In this document: piece after piece, positions 39,739 through 51,430 of the stretch
How the letters are laid out: each line of letters opens with the position of its first letter
Position numbering within the stretch: position 1 is the stretch's first letter
NCBI GenBank assembly: GCA_951406725.2
Contig: OX597814.1
Span: forward strand, 148,242,001-148,306,000
DNA from: Octopus vulgaris
Lineage: Eukaryota
Length of the DNA stretch: 64,000 nucleotides
Reading direction: 5' to 3'
Position numbers and translations under genes: made by a program
Notes under the pieces: generated by a model
Database searches by the model: none
What the model was told of the DNA's origin: nothing
The model's input: only the letters and a program-made list of their open reading frames with translations

Positions 39739-41177
39739 TGCCTCAGTTTGTTTTTGATTTTGAGTTTTGTCTAAATGTGTGATCGTGTACCTGTGTGTGC
39801 GTATCCTTAGCTGGGTAATCATTTTAACTTTTCTCTATAGAAGCAGAATATAAAGAAATACACCTAAAAAAAAAAAACACTAATCAAGAACGGTTTTCTT
39901 CCATACTGGTATTCAAACAGATACAAACTTGCACCTCACGACAACTACCGAATAATGTTGAACAAAACTGCTCTCGCTTCTAATGTTTGTTAATATGAAG
40001 GCACAGCAAAATTTACGTGCATACATTTTTTCAATCTTCCTGGTGTGTGTACAAAAGTTTAAAACCATCATAATTTTATTAATCATGGCAATTTTCCACC
40101 ACTGTTTTCAATCTTCCCTGATCGCTACTCATGGAAAATAATGTTCTAACAGGCTACGAAAGCAAGTGAAAGAAAAGTTTAGCCACGAGCCCTATATAAT
40201 GGCTTCAAATTTTGGTACAGTGCCAGCAAGACCAGGGGAAAATATAAGGCGATTACATCGACCCTAATTTACAACTGGTATTCGTATAATCGACTCCCAA
40301 AGGTCGACCTCGTTTGAATCGAAAGTCTACATAATACATTAGCTAATACACACTTAATATACTCCAATACTAACCTTGTATGAATTGTATTATATGAATC
40401 AAGTAAATACTGACAATGGAATATACCGAAACATTATAGAATCTTCATAAAACACAACAGGAAATATTTCATACCAAGCCTTAGTCAATTGAACATTACA
40501 CATTACAAAAACACCAGAAATTTTCTTTTATTCTTATGAATTTGAAAACATACAACATATAATGTGTGTGATTTATATATTCAATTGAATATGTGAAAAA
40601 TGAAAACTTAAGATTTTATGTGCATTTTGGCCCGTATAGGTCCGTCACTGTTCGGCAGACGCACTAATGCAGTGCACTCTAGAAAAGAGGGCATATGAAC
40701 TAAACAAAAGCATCTTAGAAGGCACCAAATATTCACAGCAGAGTATTCCACACAAAATTAGACGATTAATGGTGGAAGTTAAGCTCATAAAACAGCATAT
40801 TGCCAAACAAACACCCATAAAACATGTTAGTCGCAAAGAAAAAAATTACAGAAAAAGATTCACGTAAAATCTGAAGATAAGAAAAGATTAAATTTGTGTT
40901 GCATTGTCTAAGTCTTTCTCATTGCTTCTGTCTACAAAAACTAACAGCATTACACAAATATTCTTACATCAAAAAGACGGTCTGCTAGAAATGCTGATAG
41001 TGGATTTAAGAATACTAGGGTTCCTTACAAAAGAAGTTAAAGATAGTATAAAACTTTGATAAAATTATGAAGCCAAATTGCAAACGCGTACACAATGCAG
41101 TATACATGCATATACACATGAAAATACGCACATACATATGCTTACACACAGATATACAATATATTTGTTGCACAAAG

Positions 41178-41537
41178 TCTGTTACGACGACGATGGTTCC
41201 AGTTGATCCGATCCACGGAACAGCCTGCTCGTGAAATTAACGTGCGTGTGGATGAGCACTCCACAGACGTGTGTAACCCTAACGTAGTTCTCGGGGATAT
41301 CCAGCGTAACAAAAAGCGACAAGGCTGGCCCTTTGGAATACAGGTACAACAGAAACAAGAAGAAATGGTGAGAAGTTGTGGTGAAAGTGTACAGCAGGGT
41401 TCCCACCACCTCCTGCCGGAGCCTAGTGGAGCTTTAAGTATTTTCACTCAATAAACTCTCACAACGCCCGATCTGGGTATGGAAACCGCAATCCTACGAC
41501 CACGAGTCCGCTGCCCTAACCTCTGGGTCATTGCGCC
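41178..41537 (-). mobile_element. tRNA-derived SINE family B, full length
   Basis: Head ggcgcaatgacccagagggttagggcagcggactcgtggtcgtaggattgcggtttc...; 3' half shared with family C (ccagccttgtc..gagaactacgttagg..tgtggagtgct..gatcggatcaactgg..gtcgtcgtaac). Confidence 0.88.
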
Positions 41538-42160
41538 ACCACATAGATATACATACAGTCACTTAGAATGAACACAGTCGAAAATATCTTAGAGATAGCA
41601 AAGATGCAAGGAATTTATCATATTTACAGATGTGGGTTCGTGCCCCACAGATATTCATCAACAATGTTTTTATATTAAAAGCGTTTTTTAGCCCTACATT
41701 CTAGGCACTATTATTCATGAACTTTGTCTACTTCGATTGTTTGTTAAAAAGCAAGAAACGTTTTTCCTACTTCGCAAAGTTTCTAAATTATTATGACGCA
41801 ATAAGCAAACAATGTTTTAAGCAATTTAGTGCGCTTTCTGTAAAAATATAAATAGATATTTCACTTCAAATTGTGAAAGACATATATGAATAATTCAACA
41901 GTCTCTGACGATGAAAATTCATATTTACTGCTATTTCACACCAATATTCATTCATAAGTATAATTACATACGGGTGGTGCCAAAATGTTATCTCTCCACC
42001 TTGTTCGAAACAGCAAAATGATGCATTTGAAACTTTATCCTACTTCATTGTGTCAGTATAACATTATACATGCATATCATTCCATCATGTATCTGAGCAA
42101 TCATATCTAAGTTCGAATGTAAATGTAAAATCTAATATAACAGTATATAAACAAAATATT

Positions 42161-42189
<29 letters not shown>

Positions 42190-42196
<7 letters not shown>

Positions 42197-42490
42197 AGTT
42201 ATTAGAGAGTTAACCACTATGTGGATAACTCTAGTGCTAAAAATAGCCCCGATATTACAGCCACATCTGCTGATGATTTATAGATGTTTATGTAAGTAAA
42301 ATTACATATTACATTAGGAATGAAACAGTTTGTTCAGGGTCAATCTATTTATTCGTTATATTTCACTTTCCTTCCGTTAAATGTATGTTATTTCTAATTG
42401 GAAACATCTTTTTCTGTGGCTGTACTATCGGGGCTATTTTTAGCACTAGAGTTATCCACATAGTAGTTAACTCTCTAATAATTTATGTAT
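42190..42490. repeat. Inverted repeat, ~75-bp arms (42190-42265 / 42415-42490), within a (TA)n-flanked insert ending ~42582
   Basis: ttattagagagttaaccactatgtggataactctagtgctaaaaatagccc...cagccaca versus its reverse complement. Confidence 0.9.
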
Positions 42491-42579
42491 AAATTTGTAT
42501 TTTCTCCGTAGTTTTTTGTGCTAAGCCACTCGGTGTTAAATTAATGCTATTATTAAATTAATATCAATTTTTCACCCTC

Positions 42580-42626
<47 letters not shown>

Positions 42627-42630
<4 letters not shown>

Positions 42631-42784
42631 GTTGTGAAAGTGTACAGCAGGGATTGCCACCACCCCCTGCCGGAGCCCCGTGGAGCTTTAGGTCTTTTCG
42701 CGCAATACACACCCATAACGCTTGTCTGAGAATCGAAACCGCGATCCTACGAACACGAGTTCGCTGCCCTAACCACTGGGCCAT
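42627..42784 (-). mobile_element. SINE family B, 5' half
   Basis: Head tggcccagtggttagggcagcgaactcgtg...cggtttcgattctcagac matches 41380-41537. Confidence 0.85.
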
Positions 42785-42820
42785 ATTGAAAGCGTTTTAT
42801 ACACCCACCCCCACACACAG

Positions 42821-42883
<63 letters not shown>

Positions 42884-42963
42884 ACTTAAATCTGAACACA
42901 ACTATAGAAATATTCCTTTAAAAAAACTTTTCTTCTAATTTTTCTAAATTTAATTATTTAATC

Positions 42964-43009
42964 GTTACAGTTGAAAAGGTCTCAAAATGACCGAAACCGG
43001 TACTGAAAT
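42964..43009 (+). ncRNA. Minimal type I hammerhead ribozyme motif, U3-A8 variant, apparently intact
   Basis: gttacag-TTGAAAA-ggtc(tcaaaat)gacc-GAAA-ccgg-TA-ctgaaat, inside a ~180-bp insert (42881-43058) between (TA)n tracts. Confidence 0.7.
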
Positions 43010-43054
43010 GTTCACTATAAAATTATTTTAGCATTTTCTATTTTTGACTTGTTT

Positions 43055-43093
<39 letters not shown>

Positions 43094-44021
43094 ATATGGC
43101 ATGGAATAAGACAACATTTGAAGAGCAAACAATACCAGATTTACATCTTGTTATTTATTACTAGAAATTCAACATTGGTTGAATTATGTTTAATGTAACG
43201 AGTGGAGTTATAATGGTGAAACGTACAGTAGGCTATAGCGTCTATCTTTTCCCCAATCAAAGATAGAGGGAAAGATAGGCGCAGCAGAATCTCTGGACCA
43301 GAAAGCCGAAGAAGATATGATCACATTCTCGATGTCATATCGACATAGTGTTAATGTGAGCACTCCGGCGAACGTTGGTTTCCCCGTTAAACTTCATTCT
43401 GATAATATTTCAAGCTATGAGGAGGACTCCTGGTGTAAAAGTCTGTGGATATTTTCTAATGTGGATGAGACGTATAATTACATCGACTAGCATAGTGATA
43501 ATTTTCCCCATTGAATTCTATCATAGTTATTGCACTGGAGTTCAATTCGTTCACATACGACCTTGAGTTGTGGAACAGATTAATTTCCAGAAAATTATAG
43601 CATAAGAGTTTTAACATTTTCAATGTCATTCATATTAATTGTAAATAGAAGTGAAGTCACATGAATTCTTTAGAGGGGAATATTAATGATTTTGGTTGAT
43701 TTTGATAAATTCCATTGAACGGAACATGTTTGCTATTGCGACATGTGATCAAATGTAAAGTATTTCACATTCCAATGTTAGGTATCTTCAGAAGGGTGTT
43801 GCTCTCGAATCTTTAGAAAGCTCTACTCAATTCAAATTAAAGGTCATCTATGTTTGTGTCCTTCACCTAGATGAACTTTCTAATACTGTTAGGGCTTGGT
43901 TTCTGCATTTGCAAGCATGAGTCCTTATCAAATTGCCAAATTGTTGTATACAGGAAGATGGATTGTGAGTGAAGGAGTAGGTCCGTATTCCTGTCCCATT
44001 TAATGACGTTGCGATTCATAT

Positions 44022-44330
44022 CGTAGTGTGGCTTAATGGTCAGGATGTTCGGCTCACGATTGTAAGGTCGTGAGTTCAAGTCTCAACGACGCGTTGTGTC
44101 CTTGAGCAATATACTTTATCACACGTTGCTCCAGTCCACTCAACTGATAAAAAAGAGGTATACCTGTAATTCAAATGGTCAGCCTTGTCACAATCTACGT
44201 CAGGTTGAATCTCTCTGAGAACAACGTTAAGCGTACACGTGTCTGTGGAGTGCTAAGTTACTTTCAAGAGTAAGCTATTTCGCTGATCGGTTCAACTGGT
44301 GTACTCGTCGTCGTAACCGACGGACTGCCA
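44022..44330 (+). mobile_element. tRNA-derived SINE family C
   Basis: A box tggcttaatgg, B box gagttcaagtc, CORE-like gtgtccttgagcaa; tail shared with family B. Confidence 0.85.
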
Positions 44331-45491
44331 GATCAATGTTGTCAGATGTTTGCAGTGGAGGCTCCCATGCATGCTGTTTGCTGTGCCTCGTTGACCCAAG
44401 CACGAGTTAAGAGAAAAACAAAAGGAAACTAAACAATTTGAAACGTCTTTCTACTTCTGCTTTTTCTGATATTTAGAAGCAAAGGACAGATTTCAGAGTA
44501 AGCATAGCCCATTCTACAAAGAAAAGTTTAGTGAAGCCAATTATAAAAAATGTTACCAGAGTAGTATTACTGGATGAACCTTTCAATGTTTTGAACCCAC
44601 GCTATAGAGCACTGTACATGCGCTTGAGGCGATCTGTGAAGCCCAATTGCAGACGAGTCATTTGATTTGTGTGTATACAGATACTGATTTGCAGTAACTC
44701 TTGGAAAATATTGCTTTTACATTTGTGGCAAGGAAGCGTAGATGTAAATAAGAATTCGTCCCTTCCTTCAGCCGCTATAATTCCCTCAAGTGGTGGTGAA
44801 GTCTTTCATTTTAGCATTAGTGTCTATGTGAATTTTGGTGTGGTGGTTTTAGATTCAGATGAAGGAAAGGATTGGGTGGACTTCTAAGAAATTCAGCACT
44901 TCCTGTTTGGAATATTCCTCCACCTACTCCCTGAGCCAAATGCAAATAGTAACAACTGAAACTTAGAATCGATTGGAACGAAAGCCAATAGGAAGTAACA
45001 AAGGTTTTAGTCAAGCACTACGTTTCTTAGATTCGGTTCTACTACGCAGATATTTTCTTAGAACGAAAATTTATAATAAAGGCATTCATTATAATTATGA
45101 GTTAATTTTTTATCATCAATTCTTCTCCTCTTTTCTGTGTAGTAAGACTTTTTCCTTAGTGTTGTATTGAGTTCTTTCATTCTTTGCCACTACTTAATTC
45201 TATATTTTTAATTTTCGTTTCATCGAACCTTTATTTTCTTTAGCGTTCTTACTTCTCTTTCATTCCTTCATATTTCTTTCCTTCCTTCTTTCTTTCTTAC
45301 TTTCTTCCTACCTTCCATTCTCCCGTCTTTCCTTCCTTATTTTTCATTCTATCTTACAATGTTTATGTCTTACACTTTTTTCTCATTCATATAAATTTTA
45401 TATTGTTCTTGTAACCACAACAAGTAAAACCGTTGAAACAAAAAAGGGGAATTATTTATTTAAGGAGTTTGAACTGAGAGCGTGATTGTAG

Positions 45492-45541
<50 letters not shown>

Positions 45542-45689
45542 ATATAATTTTATATATGTATATGTATATATAAAGTATATACATACATATATATACGCAT
45601 ATATATATATACATATATATATGTATATATATATATATACACATGAGAGAGAGGAAGGGAGAGATAGAGATAATATCATATAATGTATA

Positions 45690-46766
45690 TACATTCCAAA
45701 GTCAAAAGAAAAATGACAAACAGTTTTATCTCAGGAAAATTAAATTATAAAATAAATTTCCTTGGTTTTATAGAAAGGAAATACCAAATAGCACACAAAC
45801 AAGAACAACATTTAGAAAAAAAAAAGACAAAAGAAATTTATATCAAATACAACTAACAACTGAAACAAAATAGATGATCGATTTCACAAAAGTAAAGAGA
45901 AATCAACAACGTGATGCTGCACTCGAAGCTGAAGTAGTTGACTCAAGACTGAAGATTTACGAATCTTGAGCAAGATTGAAATATTTTCGTGAAGTAGGAA
46001 GAAGACAATTATTGAACCTGATAACCGATTCGCAAGCAGAACATTCTGCAAGGAGTATTGCAAGTAGTGTTAGTTCTGAGAATAGTGATAGGAGGGCAAG
46101 TTATGCAAAGATGGCTGCTAATTTAGAAGATGTACGTGTACCATCGAGTGTTAACGTAGCATCTGCTTCATAAGAGGTTATTAGTAATGCTTGTTGAAAT
46201 GTCGGTAGAGGCTCTCGTGTGACTGAGGGTACAAATATTTCTAGTGGAGCAAGGGGTTATAAGCACGGAAAAGGATCAAAGAAAAAAGAATAAAACAGAA
46301 AAGAAATACATCAAGTAGAGAAATAAAAGAAGTGAATCTTATAAAAACCCGCTGGATAATGATTTTTAAATTCTAGGTGAAATATCGAGATATGGGTTGC
46401 AGGGTAACTGCAAAGTTCCTTGAAACTTCGTAGTATTACTTGTTTAGGAAATACACGGACATTTATTCGATAGATTCTGAGTAATCTAAAAGGGTTAAAA
46501 CATTTCTGTGATACAAGTATAACACATATTACTTGCTTGCGAAGTCAGAGGAGTGGCATTATTCGAAAGCTTTAAAGACTATTGAAAAAGTTGCAAGACG
46601 CAACGAAAATTTAAAAAAAATAAAAATAAGAATTATGTGGAAATTTTACCGGTGAGTGTGTTACATTGTACGGTACAAAAAGAAAATGGTTCTCCCCAGA
46701 CACAACAGAATATGCTTCAACACACGAAATAATATAAAGAATCTTTGCAAACCAACTCCCAAAACG

Positions 46767-46770
<4 letters not shown>
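45690..46770 (+). mobile_element. Decayed PLE-like ORF N-terminal region with defined 3' end, near (TA)n tracts
   Basis: Remnant LSNLKGLKHFCDT..RLLKKLQ resembles the PLE 'L.KGL.F.P' motif. 46577-46770 is homologous to 62030-62220 (minus). Confidence 0.5.
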
Positions 46771-46815
<45 letters not shown>

Positions 46816-47070
46816 AAACATTACGTTATATAATTAGGGTTCAGTAAAATAATTTACTTTACCACACAACGAACTTTTAGAAATAGCAGTGTGTGTGGTA
46901 ATGTAAATTATTTTACTGAACCCTAATTATATAACGTAATGTTTTAAATATACCGTAAATGGTCTTTTTACATACTGAACACTACTTGGTAAAATTAATT
47001 AATAATTAATTAGTTTTACCCTTTTATTATTGCTTATATATATATATATATGTATGTATATATTATATAT

Positions 47071-47155
<85 letters not shown>

Positions 47156-47417
47156 ATATGTATATACCCCTTGCTCCACTAGAAATATTTGTACCCTCAG
47201 TCATACGAGAGCCTCTACCGACATTTCAACAAGCGTTACTAATAACCTCTTATGTAGCAGATGCTACGTTAACACTCGATGGTACACGTACATCTTCTAA
47301 ATTAGCAGCCATCTTTGCATAACTTGCCCTCCTATCACTATTCTCAGAACTAACACTACTTGCAATACTCCTTGCAGAATGTTCTGCTTGCGAATCGGTT
47401 ATCAGGTTCAATAATTG
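46006..47417. repeat. 252-bp near-identical inverted repeat (46006-46257 / 47166-47417)
   Basis: The same peptide QLLNLITDSQAEHSARSIASSVSSENSDRRASYAKMAANLEDVRVPSSVNVASA appears in a + and a - ORF; only a few nucleotide differences. Confidence 0.97.
46814..46946. repeat. Inverted repeat, 55-bp arms, 23-nt spacer
   Basis: taaaacattacgttatataattagggttcagtaaaataatttac(t)ttaccacaca and its reverse complement, one mismatch. Confidence 0.95.
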
Positions 47418-47608
47418 ATAAGGGGCAACAACCCTGAAACATGTCTGTAGCTGTCTGACTGGCAGGATGAAGCGGCTGACCTTCCTTGTTCGAAGGTTTG
47501 TAATGGACGCAGGTTCGTGTGTCAAATACCTAGCTTGAGGCAATGGCCTCTTGGAGCTAATCAGACTGCCATATTGGTATGACTGCCATATTGGTATGGC
47601 GATAACTA

Positions 47609-47610
<2 letters not shown>
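47415..47610 (+). mobile_element. PLE pLTR fragment starting at a hammerhead core (47415-47445)
   Basis: TTGATAA-gggg(caacaa)ccct-GAAA-catg-TC; internal 17-bp tandem duplication 47564-47597; ends in (TA)n. Confidence 0.65.
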
Positions 47611-47650
<40 letters not shown>

Positions 47651-47692
47651 TATATATAATATGAACGTATATGCGTGAACCTAATATGTATA

Positions 47693-47728
<36 letters not shown>

Positions 47729-48538
47729 ATGTATATAGTGTTGTGCACCATATGTCTGAAAATGTATATTATACGGGTGCACAGTTCGCATTAGAATCTC
47801 ATACAGATAATTGTTTCCATATTGTCACGGCTGGGCTTCCTTACCCTTGATGGAGCTGATGGAAAGTATTGTAATACCTTGTTATCACACATGTTTATCA
47901 GGAATGGTGATATCCCTGACACTGCGCTCCAGTTATTAGTTATGATATACTTGCGTCGTCTGAGGGAGATTTGACTGCTACTTCTAGATTTTCAAGGGAC
48001 GATGTTGCATCGCAAGTGCCATTTATTAGCTGGTGTTGAAGATGTAGTCTCATGTGGATGATAATAGCATCGCTTTCTCACCTGTCACTTTATTTTAGCT
48101 ATTCTAACACCTATTCTCTTTGCACTAACTTGATAATTCGCAAGTTAAAACGTCGTATTGTTTACAGGTTATTTTACTCTAATACATTTATTGACCTAAA
48201 ACATAATCACACATCCTTGCGCATACGCACACAAACACGTCAACGGAAATGTACATACACATACGCGCACACACGCACATAAACAGACACGCACATATGC
48301 ATATATTTGTGTATATGTTTGCATACGTTCGCGTCAATTAAGCTAACTTTCATACATTGTCGCTGTATATCTCGCTCTCTCTCTCTCTCTCTGTATACCA
48401 TTTACACTGTGACAGTAAAGTTGTGTGGTGGTAGGAAAAAAAGGAAGTAGGCGATTGCGATGCATTTCATTGATTTCATCTGGAGGAAATTCGAGAAATC
48501 ACTAAGAATTTTAAAAACGCAGATTGCATTATTAAGAC

Positions 48539-48650
48539 TGTTATATCGCACGTTCGGATGACCTCTGCTCAACTTTGACGTCTAGACTTCTCCCTCTATA
48601 TCTATGAATTGGGCTAACCTATTTCATCGTCTGGGGCCGTCCACACAACA
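48539..48650 (+). mobile_element. 112-bp solo-LTR-like insert (copy 1)
   Basis: TGTT...AACA termini; flanks aagac/aaggc (5-bp TSD, one mismatch). Confidence 0.7.
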
Positions 48651-48816
48651 AAGGCATTGAAAACTTAACCTGAATTTGACGGCGCTATATACAGATGGGG
48701 AGAAGTTGCATATGTGCGACTGGTGAAAGAATACATAATACTTAAGTTGCTAGAAAAAAAAGACATATTGCATAATTAAATCTCAGAATGAGATTGAAAC
48801 AGTAATCGCTCGATAA

Positions 48817-49029
48817 TGTAAAGTATAGAAGCCATCTTATCATGGCTAACCACATTGGGGAGGGGGTGTTACTGTAGCTTTATAGCCCCAAGAGATCTTC
48901 GTCTCAAGCTGGCTTTAGACACAATATCTGTGTCCTTGGAGTATTTGCAAAGGGAGGACATCCCTTCCTCGCAAGCCTGAGTGATACGCTCGAACTAGTT
49001 TCGGGATTGTTTGGCTTCTATACTTTACA
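48817..49029. mobile_element. 213-bp element with perfect 18-bp terminal inverted repeats (MITE-like or inverted PLE terminus)
   Basis: tgtaaagtatagaagcca / tggcttctatactttaca; the minus strand has a hammerhead 3'-half-like cGAAActagTT. Confidence 0.6.
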
Positions 49030-49406
49030 AAAGACATATTCTTTCCCATCAAATCACTGACGAGCATATGACTTTATAAGTCAGTTCATTGTTCAATGAC
49101 CTCTGCTATAGGTAAATTAAAGCTTGTACCAACTGAAAAAAAACTCAGTATAAAAATAAATGCTCCTTACTTTGGTATAAAGTCGGAAACGTGTGCGGTG
49201 TTGTTAATTGTATAAAACGACTGTAGTAATTTAAGAGTGCTTAATTTGTTGATATCTGAAGAACGAATTGCAAAGTTGACAAATATCGCACTCTGTGAAT
49301 GAAAACTGGAACACCCCATTCCTAAAAGATACAAACTATCAAACGCACGTAGACAACTTCCTTCACGCGCCCAGTCATGTAAAATACCGAAAGATAACTA
49401 TCTGTC

Positions 49407-49519
49407 TGTTATATCGCACGTTCGGGTGACCTCTACTCAACTCCTCGAGGTTAGACTTCTCTCTATATATCTACGTATTGGGCTAGCCTACTTCAACGTC
49501 TGGGGGCGTCGACACAATA
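49407..49519 (+). mobile_element. 113-bp solo-LTR-like insert (copy 2)
   Basis: TGTT...AATA termini; perfect 5-bp TSD ctgtc; homologous to 48539-48650. Confidence 0.75.
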
Positions 49520-50080
49520 CTGTCCAATGGGAAGATGTGTCCCTACGAGGTTGTGAATCGCAATATGACTCACTTCTCCTTAATGATATCCTAGTGTACT
49601 ACACATGGTATAACGCTAATGATTTCAAAGGGAATTTTATCTTAAATAAATATTTGTTCATTCAAACCAACGGGCTCGTCCATACAACTGTTCAAAACAT
49701 TTAAAAATGCATGTATATACGTACACAGACACACATTTATGCGTTCGATTATTTTTATGAATACCGTATTTTTATACGAGAGATATATAGGGGAATAAAA
49801 AAAGAGAACGAAATGTAATATCGTTTACCATCCGATTTCAATTTTTTCTTCCAAACTTGAAATACAAAAGAAGAAAAGAAAGAAAGAAACGGTCAGTATT
49901 TCCAAAATTTTGAAAATGTCAATGAAAAACGACATCCAACAGCTGGCATGGACTTACAATCTCAAAAAGTGCATATTGACTATGAAAAGCACTTCCTATA
50001 GGTTATACGGCAATTCTGAATGCTTGACTAGTTTTTACATAATCATGTTTGAACTAATCTGAACTTTCATTATTTGATGA

Positions 50081-51128
50081 GAAATAATGGGTCATACACA
50101 AATGGAGCGAAATGAAGAATAGTATTTGGATAAAAATATGACAAGTTGTGGGTGAATGTTGAAAGTGATTAATAAAGAAATATATGAGCTAATGCGAAGT
50201 TCAATATATTCAATTTCATCAAAATAAAAATGAAAAACTAACACTCATGTTTACGATAATTTGGAAGATTAAATCAATGACGATAAATCCTCCATTCTGC
50301 ACACGGAATCCACATTAATCTATGCACTTCTCACAGAAGAACTCTTCGTTAACATCTGTTCCCGTTGAAATACATTTTTGAACAAACGTAATCATCGCAA
50401 TGATCACATAACAACCAAAACTCCTTCTGCTTGCCTTTGTATCTACTCGAGAATCTCTAGCAGATGGAGCAGTTGGCGTCCTCTCCCTCCGAATCCTCTG
50501 CACTATCATAGCCACTATCACTATTGCCACACTCTGCACTACCTCATTTCTGCTATTTTAGTGCAACTGACCCTCATTCTCTTCTAATCTTTAACTCTTG
50601 TTCAATCTTTCGTGCATTGCTACATCTGTTTTTCTCTTGGATTCAATATCCAAACTCGATTTCCAGTGAATATCAATATCAATGATTACATGAAACAACG
50701 CTGCTAGAACACTTTCAAATGTTTTCAGGGTGTAGAAATTTTTTTGTTAATTCTTCTCTATTCCTACTTATAGAAACCTAAGTGTTATAACGTGTGTGAT
50801 GCATTTTGCCTCACACCACAAACTGGCAAGTGACTCATTATGCCCCACTTTCGAGTTTATTTGAATTTCAGAATTTCCAACTATACTTCCATTTATCCAA
50901 GATAACATTGGCAAAAAAATATTCCATAAAAAATATCCGCACTATTTCTTGCAGTACAACGGATCATAAATTGAATAGTCTACCGACTGCGGTCGGTGAT
51001 CAAGAATGTGGAACGTAAGGAGTCACCACGAAGAATACAATGGTAGATTTGGATCTAGAGAAAGTAATGAAAATCTGGCAAATGACCCAATATTCCCCAC
51101 TGACTCATTATGCCATTCTCCACCTTAT
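50081..51128 (-). mobile_element. Decayed pogo/Fot1-like DNA transposon with C-terminal PHD-finger remnant (50315-50545)
   Basis: DSAEDSEGEDANCSIC*...EFWLLCDHCDDYVCSK/C...EEFFCEKCID*. Repeated subterminal motif tgac(t/c)ca(t/a)tat(g/t)ccc at 50831, 51083, 51101, inverted at 50081. Confidence 0.5.
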
Positions 51129-51259
51129 CGTTCAAATATGGATTATAATTTAATTCCCTTAGCACTGCCTACTACAATTACGTGGCGTGAAACACCCCAC
51201 CAACAAGCTTCTTCATCACTGTCTTCTTGTTTACTTACACTTTTCGACTGGCATTACCG

Positions 51260-51430
51260 TGTCGGGTAATATGCCTAGCGGCATTTCGTCCGCCTTTATG
51301 TTCTGAGTTCATAATCCGTCGAGGTCGACTTTGCCTATCGTCTTTTCGGGATCGATAAAATAAATACCGGTTGAATACTGTGGTCGATGTACTTGACTAG
51401 CACCCTCCCCTCAAATTTAAAGCCTTGTAC
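51260..51430 (+). mobile_element. SINE family D copy
   Basis: atgcctagcggcatttcgtccg..ttctgagttc..gaggtcgactttgcct..gataaaataaatacc..ggtcgatgt. Confidence 0.8.

Noticed and set aside
41905-41935. Hammerhead starting CTGACGA (also CTGATGA at ~42270)
   Set aside because: No correctly placed GAAA/stem III follows.
43600-44900. Host coding exons around ORFs 44669-44887 and 44817-45014
   Set aside because: Multiple stops in all frames and no good splice pairs; more likely an old LINE relic split by a SINE.
48539-49519. A single TRIM with two LTRs
   Set aside because: Each repeat has its own TSD and there is no TSD shared by the outer ends.
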